Assembly: GCA_018304425.1 (NCBI GenBank)
Contig: JAGVWE010000002.1
Span: forward strand, 256,001 to 320,000
Reading direction: 5' to 3'
DNA length: 64,000 nt
Source of the DNA: Candidatus Iainarchaeum sp.
GTDB taxonomy: Archaea; Iainarchaeota; Iainarchaeia; Iainarchaeales; UBA10219
Within the stretch, counting starts at the first letter, position 1; every line of letters starts with the position of its first letter. Of this stretch, positions 45,712 to 54,411 are shown in pieces. The translations under genes were made by a program, and so were the position numbers. The notes beneath the pieces are model-generated. The model worked only from the letters and a program-made list of their open reading frames with translations. It was not told the DNA's origin and did no database searches.

Positions 45712-46320
45712 ATGGCAGTGTATGATGTGCCGGCGGCCGAGCTGATCCAGCGCGTGGCCGAGGACCTTCGAAAGGAATTGCAGCAGCCGGGTTTCACGCC
45801 CTACGTGAAGACCGGGGTGGGCCGGGAGCGGAGTCCCCAGAACAAGGACTGGTGGTTCGTGCGGTCGGCCAGCATTTTGTACCGCTTGTACAAGGATGGC
45901 CCGGCTGGCACCGAGGGGTTGCGCAGTTATTATGGGGGGAGAAAGAACCGGGGCCTGAAACCCGAACGGTTTCGCAAGGCCTCGGGGAAGGTCATCCGGA
46001 CGTGCCTGCAGGCCCTGGAAAAGAGCGGGTACATCAAGAAGGTCAAGAAGGGCCGCGTGGTTTCCCAGAAGGGCCAGGGCTACCTGGAGAAGAAGGCCGA
46101 GGAAATCAAGAAGCACCTGACGGAAATCCTCCAGCAGAAAGAGGAAGCCGAGTTGCGGGTTGAAAAAGAAAAACAGTTGTCCAAGGAAGAACTCGAGTTG
46201 AGGGAAACATTTAGGAAGCAAAAAGAAGAGGAAAAGCGGCACGAGGCCGAGAAGCACAAGAAGGAAGGCAAGCCCCAGCCGGCCAAGAAGCCGGAGGAAG
46301 GAAAGGCCGAGCAACAGTAG
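45712..46320 (+). CDS. rps19e: Ribosomal protein eS19 with charged C-terminal extension
   Basis: VKTG..RE.SP...DWWFVRSASIL, YGG, SGKVIR. Confidence 0.95.
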   Translation: MAVYDVPAAELIQRVAEDLRKELQQPGFTPYVKTGVGRERSPQNKDWWFVRSASILYRLYKDGPAGTEGLRSYYGGRKNRGLKPERFRKASGKVIRTCLQALEKSGYIKKVKKGRVVSQKGQGYLEKKAEEIKKHLTEILQQKEEAELRVEKEKQLSKEELELRETFRKQKEEEKRHEAEKHKKEGKPQPAKKPEEGKAEQQ

Positions 46321-46334
46321 GCGGAGGCCAGGGG

Positions 46335-46664
46335 ATGCCGGAAACCGATGAATTGGAGGCGTTGAAGCAAAAAAAGCTGGCGGAACTGCGTGCACAGGCC
46401 GAGCAAAGGCAGGCCGTAGAGCAGCGCCAAACCGAGGCCGAATCCAAGTTGGAGTCGGTGGCCAAGGCGTTGCTGGAAGAGCCTGCCCGGACGAGGCTGT
46501 TCAACGTGAAGCTCGTCAACAAGGAGCTTTACCTGAAGGCCCTGCAGACCGTGGTCGTGCTCGCCCAGCAGGGAAGAATCCGGGAAAAGGTCTCGGAACA
46601 GGACCTGAAGTCGTTGTTGATGCAGTTGAATGACAAGAAAGAAATCAAGATCAAGCGGAAATGA
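46335..46664 (+). CDS. PDCD5-like DNA-binding protein
   Basis: ARTRLFNVKLV and IKIKRK motifs; conserved operon position. Confidence 0.92.
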   Translation: MPETDELEALKQKKLAELRAQAEQRQAVEQRQTEAESKLESVAKALLEEPARTRLFNVKLVNKELYLKALQTVVVLAQQGRIREKVSEQDLKSLLMQLNDKKEIKIKRK

Positions 46665-46879
46665 CGTTTATGGCAACCAACAAGTCGCAGGACAAGAAGG
46701 ATTTCCTGATCGGAATCCGGAAGAAGATTGGCGCAAGCGTCTCGGCTGCGCCCGTGTGGTTGATGCGGAAGGCCGGCAAGCGGTTGTACAACAAGCGGGG
46801 CAACCGGCACTGGAAGCAGACCCAGCTTGGCAAGTTGTTCAAGCGGAAGATGAAGGAGCAGGGCAAGAAAGCGGAGTAA
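46661..46879 (+). CDS. rpl39e: Ribosomal protein eL39
   Basis: PVW...RHWK motifs; operon position. Confidence 0.85.
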   Translation: MTFMATNKSQDKKDFLIGIRKKIGASVSAAPVWLMRKAGKRLYNKRGNRHWKQTQLGKLFKRKMKEQGKKAE

Positions 46880-46892
46880 AGGGTTGAAGGAC

Positions 46893-47360
46893 ATGAAAGG
46901 CAACGAAGCGGAGTACATGGTTCCCCTGAAGTGGTTGTTCACGCAGCCCAAGCCCAAGCGGACGAACAAAGCCATTGGCGTCATCAAGGCCTTCGTGAAA
47001 AAGCACACGCGCAAGACGGACGTCCTGATAAGCCCGGAACTCAACGAGTTCCTGTGGGAGCGGGCGAGGCACGTGCCCCGCCGCGTGGCCGTGGTGCTGA
47101 GGCTGGACGGGGAGAGGGTCACGGTTTACTTGAAGGACGGCAAGCAACTCGAATCCGACAAGAAGGCGAGGAAAGCCGTGGAAGACGCCAAGAAGAAAAA
47201 GGAACGGGAAGACCAGGAGAAGGCGGAAAAGGAAAAGGCAAAGACCGCGGAAGCCAAGAAAGCGGAAAAGGCCGCAGAAGCAGCGCAGCAGAAGAAGGCC
47301 GAGGAAAAAAGGGAACGGGAAGGGGCTGCGCGTGCCAGCGAAATGAAGCGCGGCCATTAA
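46893..47360 (+). CDS. rpl31e: Ribosomal protein eL31 with K/E/A-rich tail
   Basis: YMVPL, KRTNKAI, ELNEFLW. Confidence 0.92.
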   Translation: MKGNEAEYMVPLKWLFTQPKPKRTNKAIGVIKAFVKKHTRKTDVLISPELNEFLWERARHVPRRVAVVLRLDGERVTVYLKDGKQLESDKKARKAVEDAKKKKEREDQEKAEKEKAKTAEAKKAEKAAEAAQQKKAEEKREREGAARASEMKRGH

Positions 47361-47385
47361 GGCGAATGAGGGCAAGGGTTGTTGG

Positions 47386-48054
47386 GTGGAATTTCTTAAG
47401 AGCACCGTGAGGGGAAGCCCGTTCGTCGGCGTGTTCGCAGCCGTGACCGACGAAATCGCCTTGTTCCCGCATGCCTTGGACGAAAAGCGCACCCGCCAGT
47501 GGGAACAGGTTCTCGGAGTCAAGAGCATCCGGTGCACGATTGCCAACAGTTCCCTGATTGGCGTGTTCTGCAAGGCGCTTGGAAAAAAAATCGTGGTGCC
47601 GGAAAGCGTGGAAGCCACTGAAACCCGGTGGCTGGAACGGAATGGCTTGGAAGTCCTGGTGGCAAAGGATTATACGGCGTTGGGCAACTTGTTGGCGTTG
47701 AACAGCCAGGGGGGAATCGTCTCGCCCCTGGTCAAGGCAGGAACCGTCAAGGCCCTGGAAGGCTTTTTCGGGGTTCCCCTGAAGCACATGGCGGTGAGCG
47801 GAACGGAAGTGGTGGGGAGCGCGGCAACCGTAACAAATAAAGGGTTTATCGTGCACCCCAATATTGCGCCCAAGGAGTTTGAGGCCCTGAAAGGCATTTT
47901 CAGGGTGTACGGCACCACGGGAACCGCCAATTACGGCGACCCCTTCGTGTCCAACTCCCTGCTGGCAAACGGCCACGGCGTCATCGTGGGGGAACAGACC
48001 ACGGGATATGAACTGGCGAGAATCGATGAAGGCTTGAGGGGAGAACCACTATGA
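47386..48054 (+). CDS. eif6: Translation initiation factor 6
   Basis: GTANYG and TTGYELARI motifs. Confidence 0.95.
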   Translation: MEFLKSTVRGSPFVGVFAAVTDEIALFPHALDEKRTRQWEQVLGVKSIRCTIANSSLIGVFCKALGKKIVVPESVEATETRWLERNGLEVLVAKDYTALGNLLALNSQGGIVSPLVKAGTVKALEGFFGVPLKHMAVSGTEVVGSAATVTNKGFIVHPNIAPKEFEALKGIFRVYGTTGTANYGDPFVSNSLLANGHGVIVGEQTTGYELARIDEGLRGEPL

Positions 48055-48272
48055 CCAAAAAACAGGGCACCGAAAAGCGAAAGCAAGCGAAGAGCTTTTA
48101 CGCGGTCGGCAAAATGATTGAAGCCGGCAAACAAAAGAAGTTCACGCGCACCTTCATGGCCTACAACACGGGCCACGCCGCGCAAAAACTGCTGAGCCTG
48201 CTGGGCTCCAACCACGGCGTGCAGCGGAGGAACGTGGAAATCGAGGAGCTAAGGGAAGGAGAGGGCGCTTGA
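48051..48272 (+). CDS. rpl18a: Ribosomal protein eL20 (LX)
   Basis: SLLGSNHGVQRRNVEI; operon position. Confidence 0.85.
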   Translation: MTKKQGTEKRKQAKSFYAVGKMIEAGKQKKFTRTFMAYNTGHAAQKLLSLLGSNHGVQRRNVEIEELREGEGA

Positions 48273-48757
48273 TGGCGGAAGCTAAAACCGCCAAAGGAAT
48301 AGCCCCTGACCGGGTCACGATTAGTTTCAACCAGTTGCTCCAGCAGTTCGAAGAAGAGCGGCATAAGCTCTCGGGCTACGACCAGCGGCGGGCCAATGTC
48401 CAGGGAGTCATCAACGAGGCGCAGGCCGCCTTGGCCGCCCTGGACGCCGTTGAAAAGGCGGGAAGAGGCGAGAAGATTCTCGTGCCGCTGGGAAGCGGGG
48501 TCTACGTGGACGCAATCGTCGACGACGTGAAGACCGTGAAGAGCGCGCTCACCGCGGACGTGATCACGGAAACCAGCCTTGCAGACGCCAAGAAAGCCCT
48601 GAACAAGCGCGTCGAAGAGTTCACGAAGTCGTTCAACAAACTGGTGGGCCACGAACAGCACACCCTCAAAAACCTGCAAAACATGGAGCAAGTCATCCGG
48701 CGCATCAGCCAGCGAAGGCAGGCCGGGGGCCAGGCACAGGCCAAGGGAACGGCGTAA
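48272..48757 (+). CDS. pfdA: Prefoldin alpha subunit
   Basis: ILVPLGSGVYV between coiled coils. Confidence 0.92.
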   Translation: MAEAKTAKGIAPDRVTISFNQLLQQFEEERHKLSGYDQRRANVQGVINEAQAALAALDAVEKAGRGEKILVPLGSGVYVDAIVDDVKTVKSALTADVITETSLADAKKALNKRVEEFTKSFNKLVGHEQHTLKNLQNMEQVIRRISQRRQAGGQAQAKGTA

Positions 48758-48765
48758 CGGTTGCC

Positions 48766-49842
48766 ATGTTTGACTTGTTGAAGAACAAGCTGACTTCTTT
48801 CACCGAAAAACTCAGGCAAGGGCTGGAAGGCAAGGTCCGGCCAACGGCGGAAAAGCCAGTGGAAGAGCCGAACCGGGAAATAAACGTGCTGGGCGAGGAG
48901 CGGAAGCCCGAGGAAAAGCTCCAGGAATTGCGGCAAGCTGATCACCGCGAGTTGAAGGCCCGCGTCGGTATCGGGAAAGCGGTTGCCGGATTGTTCACGG
49001 GCGAAGTCAAAATCGAGGAAAAGGACTTGCGGGGGTTCCTCGAAGAACTCGAACTGGCCCTCCTGGAGGCGGACGTCGAACAGGAAACCGCGTTGCAGTT
49101 GGTGGAAGAAATCCAGAGGGAATTGAACGGCAAGAAGGCAAAGGCCAGCGACCTGAATGGGTTCCTCCGCCTGGAAATGAAGAAGGCCCTGCTGAAACTC
49201 GTTGAAACGAAGGCCTTGGACCTGCTGGGTGCCTGCGCGAAGAAGAAGCCCTTCGTGGTGCTGTTGCTGGGGCCGAATGGGGCCGGGAAGACGACGACGA
49301 TTGCGAAGCTGACTGCCTACTTGCAAAAGCACGGCAAGCGCGTGGTGTGGGCTGCTTCCGACACGTTCCGCGCCGCGAGCATCGAGCAACTGGAAGAGCA
49401 CGCAAAGCGGTTGGGCGTGCGGGTCGTGAAGCACACGTATGGCGCTGACCCGGCGGCCGTGGCGTTTGACGCCGTGAAGGCCGCGGAAGCCGGCCGCTTC
49501 GATGTGGTGTTGATTGATTCGGCGGGGAGGCAGGAAACCAACCGCAACCTCATGGAGGAATTGAAGAAGATAAACCGGGTGGTGAAGCCGGACTTGCGGG
49601 TGTACGTCGGCGAAGCCTATGCCGGCCAGGCCTTATTGGGGCAGGCCACGGAATTCGACCGGGAACTGGGGTTGGACGGCTTCGTGTTGACCAAGATTGA
49701 CGCGGACGCAAAGGGCGGCACCGCCCTCTCCCTCTTGCACCGGCTACGAAAGCCCATCCTGTTCGTGGGCACGGGCCAACGCTACGAGGACCTGGTGGAA
49801 TTCAAGCCGGAATTCATCGTGGAAAGAGTGATTGGGGGTTAG
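48766..49842 (+). CDS. ftsY: SRP receptor FtsY
   Basis: GPNGAGKTTT, DTFRAA, DSAGR, TKID. Confidence 0.97.
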   Translation: MFDLLKNKLTSFTEKLRQGLEGKVRPTAEKPVEEPNREINVLGEERKPEEKLQELRQADHRELKARVGIGKAVAGLFTGEVKIEEKDLRGFLEELELALLEADVEQETALQLVEEIQRELNGKKAKASDLNGFLRLEMKKALLKLVETKALDLLGACAKKKPFVVLLLGPNGAGKTTTIAKLTAYLQKHGKRVVWAASDTFRAASIEQLEEHAKRLGVRVVKHTYGADPAAVAFDAVKAAEAGRFDVVLIDSAGRQETNRNLMEELKKINRVVKPDLRVYVGEAYAGQALLGQATEFDRELGLDGFVLTKIDADAKGGTALSLLHRLRKPILFVGTGQRYEDLVEFKPEFIVERVIGG

Positions 49843-49955
49843 GCGGCCCCGCCAGATTCCGGAAGGCTGAACCCATTGGACAGGCAACCTGGAGTTGGCT
49901 GTTCTCCCTGAGCGCCTTGGACAGAAATGGGGGCGCTGCTGGAAGGAAGGGCGCC
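49842..49955 (+). ncRNA. Candidate divergent 5S-rRNA-like RNA
   Basis: ~114-nt three-way junction with an AACCCATT loop; GU pairs favour the plus strand. Confidence 0.35.
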
Positions 49956-50106
49956 CGCGCAATATATTTATAAAGAGTTTAAGCCCTATAAGTATTGAAT
50001 TGATTTGCTGTTTCGACCTCTTTTTGCGTCAAGGACTTCACTGGCTTGGTGCAGTGGTTCCTGGGCCCGGGGTTGAAGGCAAACGAAATTAAATGGAGGA
50101 AATTGA

Positions 50107-50499
50107 ATGGCTTTTAGTAAATACAATACCAATCGGTTCAAGGCCGAACCCCCCGTCAAGGAAGGCGAGGTCTACGATGTCGAAATCCTTTCCATTGGGG
50201 AAAAGGGAGACGGCATCGCGAAGGTGCAGGGCTTTGTCATTGTCGTTCCAGGCACGAAGAAAGGCGACAAGGTCAAAGTCAAGGTCAACGCCGTGAGAGG
50301 CAAGGTCTCTTTCGGGGAAGTGGTTGGCGCATCCGAGGGACAACCAGCGGAAGCCGGAGAAGAAGCGGGTGCGGGCTCCCAAGAAGAGTCCGGTGACTTC
50401 GAAGCCGGGGAAGGCGCTGGAGGCGAGGACGAGGAAACAGAGGAAGAAGCCGATGCCGGTGAAGGAAACGACGAGTTCGAGGCAGAGGAAGGAAACTAG
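50107..50499 (+). CDS. Single-TRAM RNA-binding protein with acidic tail
   Basis: PVKEG...GEKGDGIAKVQGFVIVVPG. Confidence 0.93.
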   Translation: MAFSKYNTNRFKAEPPVKEGEVYDVEILSIGEKGDGIAKVQGFVIVVPGTKKGDKVKVKVNAVRGKVSFGEVVGASEGQPAEAGEEAGAGSQEESGDFEAGEGAGGEDEETEEEADAGEGNDEFEAEEGN

Positions 50500-50518
50500 G
50501 CAATCAGGAGGACCCCAA

Positions 50519-50665
50519 ATGGAAGAACTGGAACTGAAACCCACGGAAGAGCTGAGACTCAAACTGTTGGAAGAAGAATTCAAGCTGCGGCAGAAACAGC
50601 CCCAGGCTTGGACCAAGACCAAGTACCGGCCCTACGCCAATTTCAGGCGGCCGAAAACCGAGTAA
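50519..50665 (+). CDS. 48-aa hypothetical protein
   Basis: GGAGG RBS; followed by a hairpin and T-tract. Confidence 0.6.
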   Translation: MEELELKPTEELRLKLLEEEFKLRQKQPQAWTKTKYRPYANFRRPKTE

Positions 50666-50675
50666 GGAAACCAGG

Positions 50676-50715
50676 AAGTGCCCCCAACGGGGGGGCTCAT
50701 TCCACTCTTTTTTTT
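50676..50715 (+). terminator. Hairpin plus T8 terminator
   Basis: GCCCCC-AAC-GGGGGGC stem then a T-run. Confidence 0.55.
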
Positions 50716-50838
50716 CGCTCCCACGCGGAAAATTCGCCAAAAACCAGGCAAAAGCCTGGCTTTGGTCGAAAACCTTATTAACCCAAAAAACGATTATACG
50801 TAAAAATTCCCGGCAACGGGAATGCGAGGAGGGTTAAA

Positions 50839-51027
50839 ATGGGAGACTATCTACGAACAAAGCCGATGGCGGTCGCGGGAGCAATCATGGCCGTCGTCGC
50901 CTATGTCTGGAACATGTTTGTTGCAAGCATGCTGACCAGCCTGCCAGCCCCAGTTGGATCTATCGTCACCTGGGCCGTCTGGTTTGCCGTGTTCGCGCTC
51001 GTCTACAACCGAGTCCAGATGATATAA
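50839..51027 (+). CDS. Small two-TM membrane protein
   Basis: Strong RBS GAGGAGGG; TATA-like element upstream. Confidence 0.75.
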   Translation: MGDYLRTKPMAVAGAIMAVVAYVWNMFVASMLTSLPAPVGSIVTWAVWFAVFALVYNRVQMI

Positions 51028-51170
51028 ACTTGAAACCCGGATAGGGTTCGGTTGAAGAGCCAGGCATTGGACTCTTCAACGTCTTCCCCTTTTTCCGTGG
51101 CCTACTGCCACGGGTGGCAGAGCCAACCACGCCTATTTAATTGTTTTTACGCCTACTTTTTTGGGTTGAA

Positions 51171-52514
51171 ATGGACTTCGGGGAAAAGCTTCGGCGCGCC
51201 ATTGAACGGCTGAAAGCCGGCAGCGTTGACCAGGCCACGGTCAAGGAAGCCGTCAAGGAACTCCAGCGAGCGCTCATCTCCGCCGACGTCGACGTGGGCC
51301 TAGTCCTGGACCTCAGCAAGAAGCTGGAGGCGCGTGCGTTCGAGGAGCTCCCCAAGGGAGTCAACCGAAGAGAGCACGTCGTCAAGGTCACGTACGAATT
51401 GTTGTCCGCGTTGCTTGGCGGCGGAACCCACGCTGTGCCAGAGAAACCAAAACGCATTTTGCTGGTCGGGCTCTACGGCAACGGGAAAACCACATCCTGT
51501 TCCAAGCTCGCCAAGTGGTATGCCAAGCGCGGCCTGAAAGTCGGCTTGGTGTGCGCGGATGTGGCGCGGCCCGCGGCCTATGACCAGTTGAAGCAGTTGA
51601 GCGAGCGGATTGGCGTGCCGTTCTATGGCGACAAGGAAGAGAAACACGCCGAACGCATCGTTGAAGAGGGCCTCAAGCGGCACGCGAAAGCCGACCTGGT
51701 CCTCGTGGACTCGGCGGGAAGGAATGGCTTGGACGAGGAGCTGACCCGGGAAATCAAGGCCGTGAACCGCGTGTTCGAGCCCGAGCAGACCTGGCTGGTG
51801 CTGGGAGCCGATTTGGGGCAAGTGGCCAGAAAACAGGCGCAGGCCTTCCACGACAGCGTGGGAGTCAACGGGGTCATCCTCACGCGGATGGATGGCTCGG
51901 CCAAGGGCGGGGGCGCGTTGGCCGCGTGCGCGCTGACGAAGGCCCCGGTGTACTTCCTGGGCACGGGCGAGAAACTCGACGACTTCGAGGAATTCGAGGC
52001 CGAACGGTACCTGAGCCGGGTCATGGGCTATGGAGACCTGAAAGCGCTGTTGGAAAAAGTCAAGGAACTCGAGTTCGACGAGGAAAAAGCGAAAGCCGTC
52101 CTGGAAGGCGAGTTCAACTTGCAGATGTTCTACGACCAGCTGGCGGCCGCACGGTCCATGGGGCCGCTGGACAAGGTCATGGAAATGATGGGCGTGAAAT
52201 CCCAGCTGCCCCGCGAAGCCATTGACGTCAGCGAAAAAAAGCTGGAAACCTTCAAGGTGCTCATGGACTCCATGACGAAACAAGAGAAGAAGCAGCCCGA
52301 GCTGATGAGCCACGCGCGCCTGGAACGCATCTGCAAGGGCGCGGGAAGGAAAATCGAGGAAGCCCGGGAACTCATGGCCCACTACAAGAAGATGAAGAAG
52401 ATGTTCAAGCAGTTCTCAAAACTCGACAGCAAAGACATGGAACAAGGCAACATGCAGAAACTCTTTGCGAAGATGCAGGCCAAGAAAAAACAGAAAAAGC
52501 TGAGGCTGAAATGA
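51171..52514 (+). CDS. srp54: Signal recognition particle protein SRP54
   Basis: NG GTPase motifs plus Met-rich M domain. Confidence 0.97.
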   Translation: MDFGEKLRRAIERLKAGSVDQATVKEAVKELQRALISADVDVGLVLDLSKKLEARAFEELPKGVNRREHVVKVTYELLSALLGGGTHAVPEKPKRILLVGLYGNGKTTSCSKLAKWYAKRGLKVGLVCADVARPAAYDQLKQLSERIGVPFYGDKEEKHAERIVEEGLKRHAKADLVLVDSAGRNGLDEELTREIKAVNRVFEPEQTWLVLGADLGQVARKQAQAFHDSVGVNGVILTRMDGSAKGGGALAACALTKAPVYFLGTGEKLDDFEEFEAERYLSRVMGYGDLKALLEKVKELEFDEEKAKAVLEGEFNLQMFYDQLAAARSMGPLDKVMEMMGVKSQLPREAIDVSEKKLETFKVLMDSMTKQEKKQPELMSHARLERICKGAGRKIEEARELMAHYKKMKKMFKQFSKLDSKDMEQGNMQKLFAKMQAKKKQKKLRLK

Positions 52515-53341
52515 TGGAATACCTGGAAGCCGTGCGAGCAGGGCTGGCCGTGGCGGCCAGCGCGGTCGCCGCCTACACCGACTGGAAGACGGGCTTCATT
52601 TACGACAAGTTGACGTATCCCTTGATTGGGGTCGGGGTGCTGGCCAACCTGTGGCCGGCCTTCGAGCCCTGGAACTTCGCGCCGGCCCTGGTCGTGTTCG
52701 GGGCCGGCTATGCCTTGTACTACGCGGGCAAGGTGGGCGGGGGAGACGTGAAACTGTTCACGGGGTTGAGCTTGTTGGTGCCCTACCAGCAGGGCTTGCC
52801 CTTCGTCGTGCCCGTGCTGTTGTTGTCCACGGTGAGCGCGGTGGTCTGGATGGGCGCGAATTATTTGCCGCGGTATGCGCGGAAAGGCATTGACTGGAAG
52901 GAAAACCGGAAAGGCCTCCAAAAAGGCTTGTTGTTGGCCGCGGTGATAACTGCTTACTTTGGGTTCTTGTGGGGACTGGGGCGCTTTACCTGGGTGCAGG
53001 GACTCTGGCTCGGCGTGCCCCTGGCGTTGGCCGTGGCCTTCACCGCGCTCGAGAACGGCATCCGCCGGGAATTCTTTTTGACGCACGTGAAGGTGGCGGA
53101 GTTGGAGGAAGACGAGTTGCTGGCCGTGGAGTTCCTGCCGCCGGGCCTCGCGGAAAAGCTGGGCACGGGCTTCAAGGGCGTGATCGAAGAAAAAGACCAG
53201 GCGCGGTTCAAGGAAATGGGCATGGAAACGGTGCCGGTCTACCGGAACCTGCCAAGGTTCGGGCCCTTCATCTTCCTGGGTGTAGTACTGGCGCTGTACG
53301 TTCCCAAAGCCTTTGAGTGGTTGACGGGGTGGAGGCCTTGA
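52511..53341 (+). CDS. A24 prepilin peptidase
   Basis: YTDWKT, GGGDVKL, FGPFI. Confidence 0.9.
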   Translation: MMEYLEAVRAGLAVAASAVAAYTDWKTGFIYDKLTYPLIGVGVLANLWPAFEPWNFAPALVVFGAGYALYYAGKVGGGDVKLFTGLSLLVPYQQGLPFVVPVLLLSTVSAVVWMGANYLPRYARKGIDWKENRKGLQKGLLLAAVITAYFGFLWGLGRFTWVQGLWLGVPLALAVAFTALENGIRREFFLTHVKVAELEEDELLAVEFLPPGLAEKLGTGFKGVIEEKDQARFKEMGMETVPVYRNLPRFGPFIFLGVVLALYVPKAFEWLTGWRP

Positions 53342-54411
53342 ACGAAAAAAAGTTCATGGCGTTGGCCCTTGAACTGGCGGAAAAAGGCCGGGGCCTAGTG
53401 AGCCCGAACCCGATGGTGGGCGCGGTGATTGTCAAAGGCGGAAGGGTAGTTGGCAGGGGTTGGCATGCCCGGTACGGGGAAGCGCACGCCGAAGTCAATG
53501 CCCTGCGGAAGGCCGGAAAGCGGGTGCATGGGGCCACGGCGTACGTGTCCTTGGAGCCCTGCGGTCATTGGGGCAGGCAGCCGCCGTGCACGCAGGCCCT
53601 CCTCGATGCCGGCATTTCGAAAGTCGTGTATGCCTGCCGCGACCCCAGCCCCTGGGTGAACGGGCGCGGCCACCACGAGTTGGCGAAGGCCGGAATCAAG
53701 GTCAAGGGAGGCGTGCTGGAACGGGAGGCCCAGGAGTTGAACCGCGCCTACTTCAAGCGCGTGAAAACCGGGCTGTCCTGGGTGGTGTTAAAAGTAGCCA
53801 TGAGCGCGGACGGGAAAATCGCGGGTCAGAAGGGAAAGTGGATTACGGGAAAACGGGCGAGGAAGGAAGGGCAGCGGTTGCGGGTCGCCTCGGACGCCGT
53901 TTTGACGGGCATTGGCACGGTGTTGAAGGACGACCCGAGGCTCACGGTGCGGGGGAAGCGGGAGTGGCAGCCCCTGCGGTTGGTGGTGGACTCCAGGCTG
54001 AGAATGCCGTTGAATGCACGCATGCTGAGAGAAGAAGGCCGAACCGTGGTGTTCACGACGAAAAAGGCCGCGAAGAAGAAAATCAAGGCATTGGAGGGAA
54101 GGAAGGGCGTTGAAGTGGTTGTTGGAAAAGAAAAACACGGGGAAGTGGACTTGAAGTGGGTAATGAAGGAGCTGGGCGATGCGGACTTTAACCAGGTGCT
54201 GGTGGAAGCAGGCAGGGAGTTAAACACCGCCTTGTTGAAGGCAGGGTTGGTGGACGAGCTGGCGTTGTTCGTGGCCCCGAAAAGAATCGGAGCCAAGGGG
54301 TTGGACGTGTTTGACGCAACGGCATTGAAGGGCTGGAAAACCCGGTTAACGGGCTTGGCCGTGAAGCGGCTGGGAGTGGATTGGCTGTTGGCGGCCAGGC
54401 TCCGGCCTTAA
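53338..54411 (+). CDS. ribD: Bifunctional riboflavin deaminase/reductase
   Basis: PNPMVG, HAE, LEPC...PPC, SADGKIA, DDPRL. Confidence 0.95.
   Translation: MNEKKFMALALELAEKGRGLVSPNPMVGAVIVKGGRVVGRGWHARYGEAHAEVNALRKAGKRVHGATAYVSLEPCGHWGRQPPCTQALLDAGISKVVYACRDPSPWVNGRGHHELAKAGIKVKGGVLEREAQELNRAYFKRVKTGLSWVVLKVAMSADGKIAGQKGKWITGKRARKEGQRLRVASDAVLTGIGTVLKDDPRLTVRGKREWQPLRLVVDSRLRMPLNARMLREEGRTVVFTTKKAAKKKIKALEGRKGVEVVVGKEKHGEVDLKWVMKELGDADFNQVLVEAGRELNTALLKAGLVDELALFVAPKRIGAKGLDVFDATALKGWKTRLTGLAVKRLGVDWLLAARLRP

Noticed and set aside
51030-51120. Three small hairpins after the 62-aa membrane gene
   Set aside because: Consistent with a terminator or 3' UTR; no link to the tRNA-associated repeat family.
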